The notes beneath the pieces are model-generated. The model had not been told where the DNA came from. It did no database searches and saw only the letters and a list, made by a program, of their open reading frames with translations. The translations under genes and the position numbers were made by a program. DNA of 33,234 nt, taken from contig NC_069009.1 in assembly GCF_001194135.2 (NCBI RefSeq), forward strand, positions 11,740,731 to 11,773,964. Reading direction: 5' to 3'. Each line of letters opens with the position of its first letter. Positions within the stretch are counted from its first letter, which is position 1. This document shows positions 10,304-21,046 of this stretch, piece after piece. This DNA comes from Octopus bimaculoides. Taxonomy: Eukaryota.

Positions 10304-10503
10304 TTTTTTAAAAGATCCGAATCAGCTGCTATTCCTAGTGTTCTTCGGGTCGGGGCAAGCTCCGAGGATCGGATACCGCAAAAGACAGACTCGCAGTCGA
10401 CGAAAGGAAAACGCATATACCACAAACTATTTCGGCCCCACGTGTAGAAATTCGCTGCGATGGCAGCCAAGATTAGAATCGCCAGCGACGTGATCAGGCC
10501 TTG

Positions 10504-10918
10504 GTGGACATTGGGATTAGACACTGAGGGAAAATGGCTGTAACTTTTTAATTTTTTAATTTTGGCAATTATAAAATAAAAAAAGTTACAGCCATTTTCC
10601 CTCAGTGTCTAATCCGAATGTCCACATGTGATCCTTTTGCTGTTTCAATGTAAATGTAAGCCGTTCATTTTCACATCTAAGCTGCGAGGGGGCTATTCGT
10701 ACGACTTGGACATGTAGAAAACAATGTCAAAAATGAAAATCGCCCCCCCCCCAGAACCCCCGGGTGTTGGGGGAGGGGGGGTCAAATTTTTTTTTAAAGG
10801 GGAATCGCATGACAGTGATATGTAGAACACATTATCGAAAGCGAAAATCGCCAAAATTAAAAAATAAAAAAGTTACTGCCATTTTCCCTCAGTGTCTAAT
10901 CCCAATGTCCACCTAGTG
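10504..10918. mobile_element. TIR-like element with three copies of a ~46-bp terminal arm
   Basis: Arm at 10504-10549 with inverted copies at 10580-10625 and 10867-10918. Confidence 0.6.
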
Positions 10919-12683
10919 ACCGAGCTAATTTTTTTTATGAGATCTCACGACTAGCTATTTTGCTTGTTTACAATATGTTACAAGCGGAAGCGAACTCTGG
11001 CCATCGCTCTGGCAGCCAGGTACTTGCGTCTGAGGACAAGCTAAGCAGCGGTCCTGTATCTGTTAGAGAATGGTAACGAGTTCGCTTCCTCTGCTGGCAA
11101 TGTATATTTGACAAGATTTTCCATATATTTTATATAGAGGGTGAAGTGTCACACCGATAACCAGCTGCCGGACAAACTGCCTGGGGTTAAACTAGTCGTA
11201 ACATGGACTTTGCCTTCCATGGATCTATTCTGTTTGGTTGCTAGCCGCTCCAAAAATTAAAGTTTACTGAAAATTTTTTAATTTGGCACAACAATAATTA
11301 TAATACATTTGCCAAAACCGAATTGCTGGAGTTATTTCATTTTTTTGCCGCTGCCAACCAAACAGAAAATATACCCTTTCATCCTTTTGCGTTTGATGAA
11401 ATAAGTACTAGTTGAGTACTAGGGTCGACTTGACCTAGATCAAGCCATGTTTCTGAGAACTACAACACGTAGACTACTACTACTACTACTACTACCACCA
11501 CCCGACAAGGGTATTGTTGTGGCATCATGAGATTATAAGACGTTTATAGACATGTGGGCGTTACCTTCTCCTGTGTGCGTGTTTGATTAAATATGAGTGT
11601 GTATGTATGTGTTTGTGTGCATAGATAATTTGTTGGAGTATCAATCGCTGAAAAAGCAACAGATAAGAGAAAAAAACCCTCCTCAATGTCGCCCACAGTG
11701 TCTATGTATCTACGTAGCAACTTTTCTTTTCATCTTTGTATCAACTGTCTCTTTCACTTCCTCTGTCTCCCTCCTATCTCCCGCTTTTAATTTAACAATG
11801 TGTGTATGTAAATATGTATCTACTTTTTTGTTTTTTCTTTTATATATGTATCTATTTGTTTCTGTCTTAATACTGAAGAAAAGTGTGACGGACAGATAGG
11901 CAGATGGACGCAGCTCTTATAGTATGGATTCGTACATACACGCACACATGAATACGTACACACATATATGCACACACATACATATGTATATATACACATG
12001 CATCCACCGAAACACAACCGAGATATTAACATCCATGAGTGGACGGATGCGGTGGTGACGTTACAGATGACATCATCAGTGAGAGAGAGAGAGAGAGAAA
12101 TGTAGAAGAGGAGGGGAGATGTGGTAGAGAAATATATTATTCACACCATTGTGTGAGAATAATGGCTCACTTACTCATACATACACACTAAATAAACTCA
12201 CAGATATTTACGCAAGGCAATACACACCTACACACGCATAGACACCACAACACAATTACATACAAAGTTTCATACACACACATACTCGTCAAGTTAACAC
12301 CCACTTATATCTATAAACTTTTTCCTAGAATTTGATAACCACCGCACTCACAGATCATTTTAAAGTCACAATTTTCCTGCTGTTCCAACGAGCTGGACTT
12401 GAATTTCTGAGAAGCAATTCAGGCTGAAATTAAAGTCGAATCACAAGACACAGGTAAACAGTTGCGATAATTATTTTAATTAACACACAATTTGCTAACA
12501 CATTTACATAGTAAAACATTCATTAGAACTGTTTCAAACATAAATATACTTTTATATTGGAATTTGTTTTATTTAATTTGGACAGTAATATTAAGACTAG
12601 AATGTGTTAAAACATTTTACAGTTTTACATTATAAGAATAACGTTCTATTTACATTTCTAGAATATAATATAAAGTATATTTT

Positions 12684-13258
12684 GGTGGTAGAGATGGACT
12701 ATATGTAATCTGAACCTTTCCCCCCCTTATTTATTAATTTTTTTTACGGAATCCCACGTTTTAGGCTATGGAGATTCCGATTCTGAAAAAAAAAATTTTG
12801 AAAAATTTCAATCCCCTCCCTACCAAGCAGGCTATTTACATGCTAGAAATAACAGCCAAATCTCACAAAACTAGTGTTAGGGTTAGGGTTAGGGTCAGGG
12901 TTAGGGTTAGGGTTTGAGTTAGGGTTAGGTTTACCCTGTGGATCTATATAAAAACCNNNNNNNNNNNNNNNNNNNNNNNNNNNNNNNNNNNNNNNNNNNN
13001 NNNNNNNNNNNNNNNNNNNNNNNNNNNNNNNNNNNNNNNNNNNNNNNNNNNNNNNNNNNNNNNNNNNNNNNNNNNNNNNNNNNNNNNNNNNNNNNNNNNN
13101 NNNNNNNNNNNNNNNNNNNNNNCGAAATTTTGAAATTGAGATTTTTGAAAATTTTTTTCCAGAATCGGACTCTCCATGGTCTGAAACATAGGATTCCGTA
13201 AAAAAAACAAAATTTAAAAGTGGGGGTATACCCAGATTACATATACTCCATCTCCACC
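12684..13258. mobile_element. MITE with ~130-bp imperfect TIRs and an internal TTAGGG tract; shares sequence with the Merlin element at 17205-18435
   Basis: GGTGG(TA)GAGATGGA(C/G)TATATGTAATCTG at both ends, inverted. 12820-12872 matches the reverse complement of 18125-18170. Contains an N gap. Confidence 0.7.
12877..12929 (+). repeat. Interstitial degenerate (TTAGGG)n tract
   Basis: About 8 units including variants (TCAGGG, TTTGAG), with at least 6 GGG runs. Confidence 0.9.
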
Positions 13259-13721
13259 AAAAAAACTATTTGATGGAAATTAACGGATTGAAAATGTTCA
13301 TCTAAATGCTAAAATATACAGCATTTTTGGTGATCCGTAGTTTCCAGTGGTTTTCTAATTCTTCTTGCCACGCCTGCGCGCACGCACACATATATACGTG
13401 TGTATGTGTATGCATATATGTATATACATGTGTGCATATATATATATATATTTACGTGCGTGTATGTGTGTGTGCGTGATAATAATAATTCGAATAAATA
13501 TTAAATATTTTGCAGATGTAACGTTCATATCGAATAACTTTAATTGGAACCTGAAAAATGGGTCAAACCTAGCATTTGAGTAATATAACACATAGAATAA
13601 CCACCATCACCAGCCCCGGACAGACAGACAACGGCATTACTGTTACATAACCAGATTATACGAAGCTGTGTAGACATTTTGGCTTTACCGCCTCATGTGT
13701 GTATGTTTGGCTAAATATGTG

Positions 13722-15074
13722 GGTACTACTAAAGCAGCGCGGACCCGAACGCGCAGTCGCGCGTCCGCGCTAGCTAGTCGTGAGTGGTCGATCCTACGAA
13801 AAGCGCGCGCGCGCGCAAATGAATACACGTGCGCGCGTGTGCAAATGAATACATGTGTGCGCGTGCGCGCGTATGCAAATTAGTAAATAATTTATTTTAA
13901 ACAAAGTAAATAATTTTTAAAAAATTACTTTTTTGTTTTCTAAACAACGTAGATAGGTAGAAGGAATAAAAATAACACACTATCTGTTTTTGTTAACTTC
14001 ATACATTTTTTTAATTTTAATTAAATTTTGTGAACAAAATAATTTTTATTTTCTAAACAANNNNNNNNNNNNNNNNNNNNNNNNNNNNNNNNNNNNNNNN
14101 NNNNNNNNNNNNNNNNNNNNNNNNNNNNNNNNNNNNNNNNNNNNNNNNNNNNNNNNNNNNNNNNNNNNNNNNNNNNNNNNNNNNNNNNNNNNNNNNNNNN
14201 NNNNNNNNNNNNNNNNNNNNNNNNNNNNNNNNNNNNNNNNNNNNNNNNNNNNNNNNNNNNNNNNNNNNNNNNNNNNNNNNNNNNNNNNNNNNNNNNNNNN
14301 NNNNNNNNNNNNNNNNNNNNNNNNNNNNNNNNNNNNNNNNNNNNNNNNNNNNNNNNNNNNNNNNNNNNNNNNNNNNNNNNNNNNNNNNNNNNNNNNNNNN
14401 NNNNNNNNNNNNNNNNNNNNNNNNNNNNNNNNNNNNNNNNNNNNNNNNNNNNNNNNNNNNNNNNNNNNNNNNNNNNNNNNNNNNNNNNNNNNNNNNNNNN
14501 NNNNNNNNNNNNNNNNNNNNNNNNNNNNNNNNNNNNNNNNNNNNNNNNNNNNNNNNNNNNNNNNNNNNNNNNNNNNNNNNNNNNNNNNNNNNNNNNNNNN
14601 NNNNNNNNNNNNNNNNNNNNNNNNNNNNNNNNNNNNNNNNNNNNNNNNNNNNNNNNNNNNNNNNNNNNNNNNNNNNNNNNNNNNNNNNNNNNNNNNNNNN
14701 NNNNNNNNNNNNNNNNNNNNNNNNNNNNNNNNNNNNNNNNNNNNNNNNNNNNNNNNNNNNNNNNNNNNNNNNNNNNNNNNNNNNNNNNNNNNNNNNNNNN
14801 NNNNNNNNNNNNNNNNNNNNNNNNNNNNNNNNNNNNNNNNNNNNNNNNNNNNNNNNNNNNNNNNNNNNNNNNNNNNNNNNNNNNNNNNNNNNNNNNNNNN
14901 NNNNNNNNNNNNNNNNNNNNNNNNNNNNNNNNNNNNNNNNNNNNNNNNNNNNNNNNNNNNNNNNNNNNNNNNNNNNNNNNNNNNNNNNNNNNNNNGTTAG
15001 GGATAGGGTTAGGGTTAGGATCGACCACTCAAGACTAGCTAGCGCGGACGCGCGACTGCGCGTTCGGGTCCGCG
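13722..15074. mobile_element. CpG-rich TIR element spanning a 935-N gap; right TIR cut by a SINE head
   Basis: Left TIR GGTACTACTAAAGCAGCGCGGACCCGAACGCGCAGTCG...; inverted copy at 15013-15074. Confidence 0.7.
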
Positions 15075-15363
15075 TGGCTGTGTGGTAAGAAGTTTTCTTC
15101 CTACCAACGTTGTTTTGAGTTCAATTCCAGTACACCAGTGCTTCTCAAACTATCTGATGTGGTATACCGACAGTTTTTTACCAGTGGCAGGTAAAAAGCA
15201 CCTACTACACTCTCGGAGTGGTTGGCGTTAGGGAGGGCATCCAGCTGTAGAAACACTGCCATCTCAAACTGGAGCCTGGTGCAGCCTCCTGGCTTCCCAG
15301 ACCCCAGCCAAACCGGCCAACCCATGCCAGCTTGGAAAACGAACGTTAAACGATGATGATGAT
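15072..15363 (+). mobile_element. Mosaic: SINE head, hAT-like terminus (CAGTGCTTCTCAAACT) and RTE 3' tail
   Basis: GTGGCTGTGTGGTAAG head, followed by the RTE tail ending GTTAAACGATGATGATGAT. Confidence 0.65.
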
Positions 15364-15494
15364 ATACACACACACACACACACACACGTGTGTGTAGAAA
15401 GAAGACCGTTGTATATATTTGTATATTCATGTGTGTGTGTGTATCCCCGATATTGCTTGACAACTGCTATATATATATATATATATATATATAT

Positions 15495-15680
15495 GGGAGA
15501 ATTTACGAAAAAAACAACATCAGACGTGGACAGGTGGTGTAAACAACAAAAGGATGTATTAGTTTAACGCTCGAGAATAGAGAAAGTCTTTAACGTTTCG
15601 AGCTACACTCTTCAACTGAAAGGAACACAGAAAGAAATAAGGAGAAAAAAATATAAATGTAGTGGTCAGTGATCTATCAT
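15495..15680 (-). mobile_element. Penelope-like tail with a degenerate hammerhead (15588-15622)
   Basis: Minus strand: CUUU-CAGUUGA-AGAGUGUAGCUC-GAAAC-GUU-AAAG. The tail ends at a (TA)n run. Confidence 0.45.
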
Positions 15681-15871
15681 GTAAAAATATGTGACACTTA
15701 TTCGGTAGCTATGATAAAATTCCGAGTTTCGGATGCCGGGGTGGAAGCCCACGCTAACATCTCTTGAGTTATCCGGTCATTGAAAATTCCCGTGAAAAAT
15801 GACCGTTAAACAAAGAGAAATTACTGTGTGGTAACCGTCATTAAGACAAAAGAGTTTTAGACCGCTAAGTA

Positions 15872-15955
15872 AGGGAGTAGAGAAGTCTATAGGTTTGCAT
15901 AAGCGAATGTACGGATCGGTGCACTTACGCGAACCTATTAACTTCTCTACTCCCT
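15872..15955. mobile_element. 84-bp hairpin mini-MITE flanked by TA
   Basis: AGTAAGGGAGTAGAGAAG (15868-15885) has a perfect reverse complement ending at 15959; the arms extend imperfectly to ~38 bp. Confidence 0.65.
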
Positions 15956-15959
15956 TACT

Positions 15960-17120
15960 ATCGAAACACTTTAAAACTTCGTATATTTGTATATTTTATC
16001 TTATAGAATAGAGAAAAAATTTTTATATTTGAAGTTATTTCATGTTAAAAATTGTTGTATTTCGGTAATTTCAACCAATCACTGATGTCTATTCAGCTGA
16101 ATACACTTACTGCTGTTCTTTGTCAACAATAATTTGTGGCGATGTATATATTGTTAGTCCCTGGTAATCCTTTTGAATTACGCAAACCCTAACCCTGACC
16201 CTAAAACCCAGAATATCTATTCTGTCCCAGCATTCTCTTCCTTGGAACTTTCTTCATTAGCTTTCTCCTCTTCTTTCACTTCTTCATCAGTTTCTTCTGC
16301 TTTAGAATCATCATTTTACTTCTCATGTTCATCGTTTTCTTTCACTTCGCCGTCAGCAGTTTCTTCCTTGACCTCATCTTCAGCAGCCGCTTCCTCCTTC
16401 TCAACGGGTTCTGCATCCTCAGCCTTTACTTCTTCATCAGCAGCGGCAGGTGCAGCATCTCCTCCCGAGGTAGCTTTCTTCTCTTTCCGCCCGGGCGTGG
16501 CTTCAGGCTTTGTTTCTTTTGCAGGGTTCACTAATTTTCTACTACGAGTGCTCTGTTCAGGAGTCTGAACAAGGGATCTTGAGCGGGTTCTTTGACCTCC
16601 AATTTCATCTGATTGCAAAATTTTCTCAGCTTCGTCTTCACTGATACCAAGACGTTTGTCGCGGCAGTTGGTAGTGCATTTATTTTTACTTTCTTTTGAC
16701 TTATCAGCTTCATTCTCTTGGTCATTAGCCACCTTCATCTTCTTTTCAACTGGTTCGTTGCCTGTCTTCATTTTATCTAAAACTCGAACCCTAACCCTAA
16801 AACCCTAAAGCTAAAACCAGCACAAACGCACGAACGATGTCATAAATAATTACCACCGATAGTTGTTGTTGACAAACAATGGCACTAATTTTATTCAAGG
16901 GAAAAGATCCCATTACACTGCCAGAACGTGTTGTTGACAAACCACAGCAGTAATTGTTTTCACCTCAATAGACGTCAGTGATTGGTTGAAATTACCAAAA
17001 TACAACAACTTTTAACATGAAATAATTTGCAATATGCAAACTTTTTTTAACAAGGCTAAGAGAAAAAGATGTTTTATATGACACATTCTACCAGTATCCC
17101 AAGTTTGAAAGTGTTTCGTT
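15960..17120. mobile_element. Relative of the 9794-10303 TIR family carrying an internal CDS
   Basis: Shared inverted arms (CGAAACACTTT.AAACTT...AATTTCAACCAATCACTGA). CCCTAA tracts at 16185-16209 and 16787-16808. Outer termini not resolved. Confidence 0.65.
16217..16771 (-). pseudogene. Glu/Lys/Ala-rich low-complexity CDS (184 codons) with one in-frame TAA; product unidentified
   Basis: MKTGNEPVEKKMK...RTRSRS...TPGRKEKK...DEHEK*NDDSKAEETDEEVKEEEKANEESSKEENAGTE*. The composition continues unchanged past the TAA at 16318-16316 up to the TAG at 16219-16217. Confidence 0.7.
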
Positions 17121-17204
17121 AGAAAACCAATAGTGTCCGCCAAATCAGAAGGATCCAGTATTTTTTCTACTAATGTTTCACGCATGCATAAAAATAGCAG
17201 ACTC

Positions 17205-18435
17205 AAAAAGTATGTAAACAGAAAACCTGACATGTTAGAAACATATTTTCAAAATTTTAATACGAATTGTCAAAGAAAAAAATTTCAAAATTTAAATCTG
17301 CCCTCCCATCAAATTTCATTTTCCACTTATTTTAGAAATATCTTTTGGTGAAATAGGTAGAAAAATACGGAGATCATTATGATCAAAAAAATTGTAAAAT
17401 TTTAATTTTACAAAGAAAGAAAATAAACACCGCTCCGTGGTCCAGGTCATGAAGTAGAACTAGATGAGAGCCTGCTCTTTAAAAGGAAGAACAACGTAGG
17501 GAGAATAGGCCATCAAACGTGGGTTGTCGGGTGGTATGACACCACTGTGAAAAAAGGGTTTCTACAGCGTGTACCCAACAGAAGCGCAGCAACACTAGAA
17601 GCTGTTATAATTGTAAATGTGTTACCCGGTACTATAATACATACAGGCAAATGGGCCAGCTATAGGAACTTAAAACAGCTGGGTTACATTCACAGAATGG
17701 TTAACCATTCAAAGAATTTTGTCGACCCTTAAACTGGCACTTGTGCGAACCACATTGAGGCCTATGGGTCCCATATCAAAAGACAGCTAAAGTATGTGAC
17801 TGGATCATCGGGCGACATGAAATGGTCCTGTGTCGATGAATCAGTGTATCGAGAAATGTATGGATTTACTGCGAAGGAAAACTTCCAAAATTTCTATCCA
17901 TTTCTCAAACACATTGCGGAGGTTTATCCCCACTAAATTCCACCACCGTGTCTTCCCCAAACACACATCTCGACAAAACTCATATTTTTTTGTAACTGTT
18001 GGGGGGAAAAAAAAAATGAACACTTTAATTTCACTTTGTCATATTATTGCGGGAAATTACTCTGAAAGAAATCTTTGCAGAAAGGTGAGTAGATTGATTA
18101 CACATTTCTTTCATTATGTTATCGCAGTTTTGTGAGATTTGGCTGTTATTTCTTGCATGTGAATAGCCTGCTTGAGAGGGAGAGGGTAAATTTGTTGTTT
18201 TCTTCGAAAAATTGGAATTTTACAAACAAATCTTTTTCAGAATCATAATCTCCGCATTTTTGTACGTATTTCGCCAAAAAAAAAAAAAAAAAAATTCTCT
18301 AAAAAGGGAAAAATGAAGAACTGCGGAAGGGGGAATGGGTGGGTTAAATTGAAATTTTAAAGTTGCAACTTTTGAAAATTTTATTTCAGAATCGGAATTT
18401 AAGTGGGGAAGGGTTCCATTTACATATCCTCACAT
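17205..18435 (+). mobile_element. Merlin (IS1016/ISXO2-like) DNA transposon, internally deleted, with ~200-bp imperfect TIRs
   Basis: 17342-17400 is an inverted match to 18225-18290, with weaker inverted similarity further out. Contains a transposase fragment. Confidence 0.7.
17433..17936 (+). pseudogene. Merlin/ISXO2 DDE transposase catalytic domain
   Basis: GPGHEVELDES..KRKNNVGR..WVVG..VPNRSAATL..VLPGTIIHTGKW..Y..L..GYIHRMVNHSKNFVDP*TG...IE. Single frame with one stop; the second Asp appears replaced by Gly. Confidence 0.9.
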
Positions 18436-18826
18436 CATTGATCACAATGCACTTTGCCATCGTTTTAGCTTTCGAATGATGCCAACATTTGGAAGTCGAG
18501 TCCATGACAGGGTTAACCATTTACAACAATCAGAAAGGAAGCATGTTACTCAAGAACACATGACATCCTGTCTGAGTATGAAACCCACAATCTAGACATT
18601 GTGAGGGCAACACCCTAACCACTGGGCCATACAGCTTCACACACACGTGTATATACATAGACGTATCATCATCATCGTTGTCTATCGTCCGTTTTCCATG
18701 CTGGCATGGGTTGGACGGTTTGACTATGCAACAGCCTGTACATTCCAGTATTCAGGGTTTAGCTAACCAAGAGACACAACACAATGGCTGTTGTTAGGTT
18801 TATTAGTGTCAAGAAGAACATTCAGC

Positions 18827-18833
18827 TATAAAT
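18827..18833 (+). promoter_or_regulatory. Possible TATA box, conserved in both ankyrin paralogues (the other at 1485-1479, -)
   Basis: CAGCTATAAAT is retained ~110-150 nt upstream of both ATGs inside the duplicated block. Confidence 0.3.
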
Positions 18834-18985
18834 AATACTTGATATAAGCTGAATTTTCCAATATTTAAGTTATCTTATTCCAGATTTTAGAACCTTCAAC
18901 TTCTGTATATTGTTGTTTACCTTATTTTATAAGTTTTAAAAACTGTTTCTCTTTCTTTTTTCACATTTTTTTTTATTCAAAAGAC

Positions 18986-19069
18986 ATGGACATTAAAGGA
19001 ATCATAGAAAAAATTGAAGCCTGTGACATGGAAGGTGCGAAAAACATGATAGAACAACATTCAGAAAGC
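18986..19069 (+). CDS. First coding exon of ankyrin-repeat gene B (MDIKGIIEKIEACDMEGAKNMIEQHSES)
   Basis: Pyrimidine tract + AG (18982-83), then acATG, 28 codons and a phase-0 GTAAGT donor at 19070. In phase with exon 25954. Confidence 0.75.
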
Positions 19070-19607
19070 GTAAGTTCATTGTATTGCCTTCTCAAAGTTG
19101 GCTATTTGTTCATTATTGTATACACAATTTGAAATCTTCCTAACCACATGTATTTGTTCATATTTCACTTCTTTCTTCACCTCTTTCTTCTGATCTCCAT
19201 CATTGGTAGCTATTATAAATACTCAACCAAACCTTTAAGCATGTCGGACTCGACGGAATGTGTGAGAGAGAGAAAGAGGGAAGCCCGTATCACACACTGC
19301 AATGGAGTATTCTGGCAGGAAATATTCAGTCAAACAGACGAGAGACAGATGGAGACATTAAATGGATGGTAACTTTGTCAAGAAGTCTTCTTGTCACAAA
19401 CAGTTGAAGGATTTCCTGATGACAGGACCTACACCATTTCTTTTGCAAAACTTGTCACATGGGAATCCACCTCCGGCTTAATCTAACTTTATACAACTGT
19501 ACTGGTGTTCATTGAATAGATAGATGAAGATACTCAAAGAGACAAAGATGGTTGTTGATTATGACTTGATAGTCAGTAGATGGGATACTGTCTGCTAGAA
19601 TATAGAT

Positions 19608-19980
19608 CAGGGCTTCTCAAAGAGGATAGTACCACCCATGGGAATAAGCTGTGGAATAGAAAGTTTTATAAGGACCGGGGACCAAGGAGTCAATGGCAGT
19701 ACATATATATGAGACTTCAATATATTGCTTGAAGCCATGTGATAAAGGTGGGATGAGAAACTAAAGTGAAGTGGTGGTGCATGAGATATTCACTTATTGT
19801 GGTTCTGTGGTAAGTACTCACCCATGTCGAGACTAGGACCCAGAACAAAATTACTCTGATCTGATATTAACTGAAAAGACATTAGAATTGACAGGCATTG
19901 AATCACAACAATGGAAGGGGACATTGAAATATTCTTAGTAAATGAAAATGTGCCATGATTAACAAAGTTTGAAAAGCAGT
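19608..19980. mobile_element. Possible old hAT-type MITE
   Basis: CAGGGCTTCTCAAA ... TTTGAAAAGCAG, degenerate inverted ends only. Confidence 0.3.
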
Positions 19981-20006
19981 ATTATAGGACTATCATAGTT
20001 ACAGAA

Positions 20007-20590
20007 TCATCATCATTGTCGTCGTCGTCATTGTCGTTTAACGTCCGCTTTCCATGCTGGCATGGGTTGGACAATTTGAATGAGGACTGGTGAACCAGAA
20101 GGCTGCACCAGGCTCCAATCTGATCTGGCAGAGTTTCTACTGCTGGATGCCCTTCCTAACACCAACCACTTCAAGAGTGTAGTGGGTGCTTTTACGTGCC
20201 ACCGGCACGAGGGCCAGTCAAGTGGTACTGGCAATGGCCACGCTCAAGTGGTATTTTTTATGTGCTACCTGCACAGGAGCCAGTCCAGCGGCACTGACAA
20301 CGACCTTGCTCGAATATTTTTTCATGTGCCAGTAAGGCAATGCTGGTAACAATCTCGCTCGAATATTGCTTTTTATGTGCCACCAACACGAAAACCAGTC
20401 AACTGCTCTGGCAGCGATCACGTTTGGATGGAGCTCTTAGTGTTCCACTGGCACGGATGCCAGTCATCGAATTTGATTTCGATTTCACTTGCCTCAACAG
20501 GTTTTCGCAAGCAGGGTTTAGTGTCCAATGAAAGAAAGGTACACATAAGTGGGCGGGTTACACCCCTGGCATAGGCCACAGGTTATGGTG
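20007..20590 (-). mobile_element. RTE LINE 3'UTR fragment
   Basis: Same family as 1915-2757. Confidence 0.85.
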
Positions 20591-20842
20591 GGTAGAATGA
20601 TTGTCTAGACCTTATGAAATTCCTCTTGGTGAGAGACCAGAAAACTTGGTCTTACTTTGGGAGGGAAAAGAGCCGAAAGATGTTGAAATGCAGAATAAAA
20701 CATCCTATATTTTCTTGATGACCATCATACATGTATTTTAATGGTGGGTGAATGTCTGCCAGTTAGCGATGGTAGGTGTTTTCCTTCAGTTGATGCTGAC
20801 AGCATTGTTTGTCTGTACAGATGTATACCCTTGTGTGTGAAC

Positions 20843-21046
20843 TACTCACATATTCTCGGAGTGGTTGGCGTTAGGAACTACACTCTCGGAGTGGTTGGCA
20901 TTAAGAAGGGCATCTAGCTGTAGAAACTCTGCCAGATCAGATTGGAGCCTGGTGCAGCCATCTGGGTCACCAGTCCTCAGTCAAATTGTCCAACCCATGC
21001 TAGCATGGAAAGCGGACGTTAAACGACGATGATGATGATGATGATG
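20843..21046 (+). mobile_element. RTE 3' tail with an internal ~30-bp tandem duplication
   Basis: CTCGGAGTGGTTGGC occurs twice; (GAT)n tail. Confidence 0.85.

Noticed and set aside
12877-12929. True telomere or chromosome-fusion site
   Set aside because: Short, degenerate and internal to a TIR element; no head-to-head array.
13990-15028. Long ORFs 13990-15000 and 14021-15028 (also 7780-8568, 8120-8572, 12938-13210, 31666-32029)
   Set aside because: They are open only because N runs contain no stop codons.
16173-16568. Ser/Phe-rich plus-strand ORF
   Set aside because: Antisense shadow of the Glu/Lys-rich minus-strand CDS.
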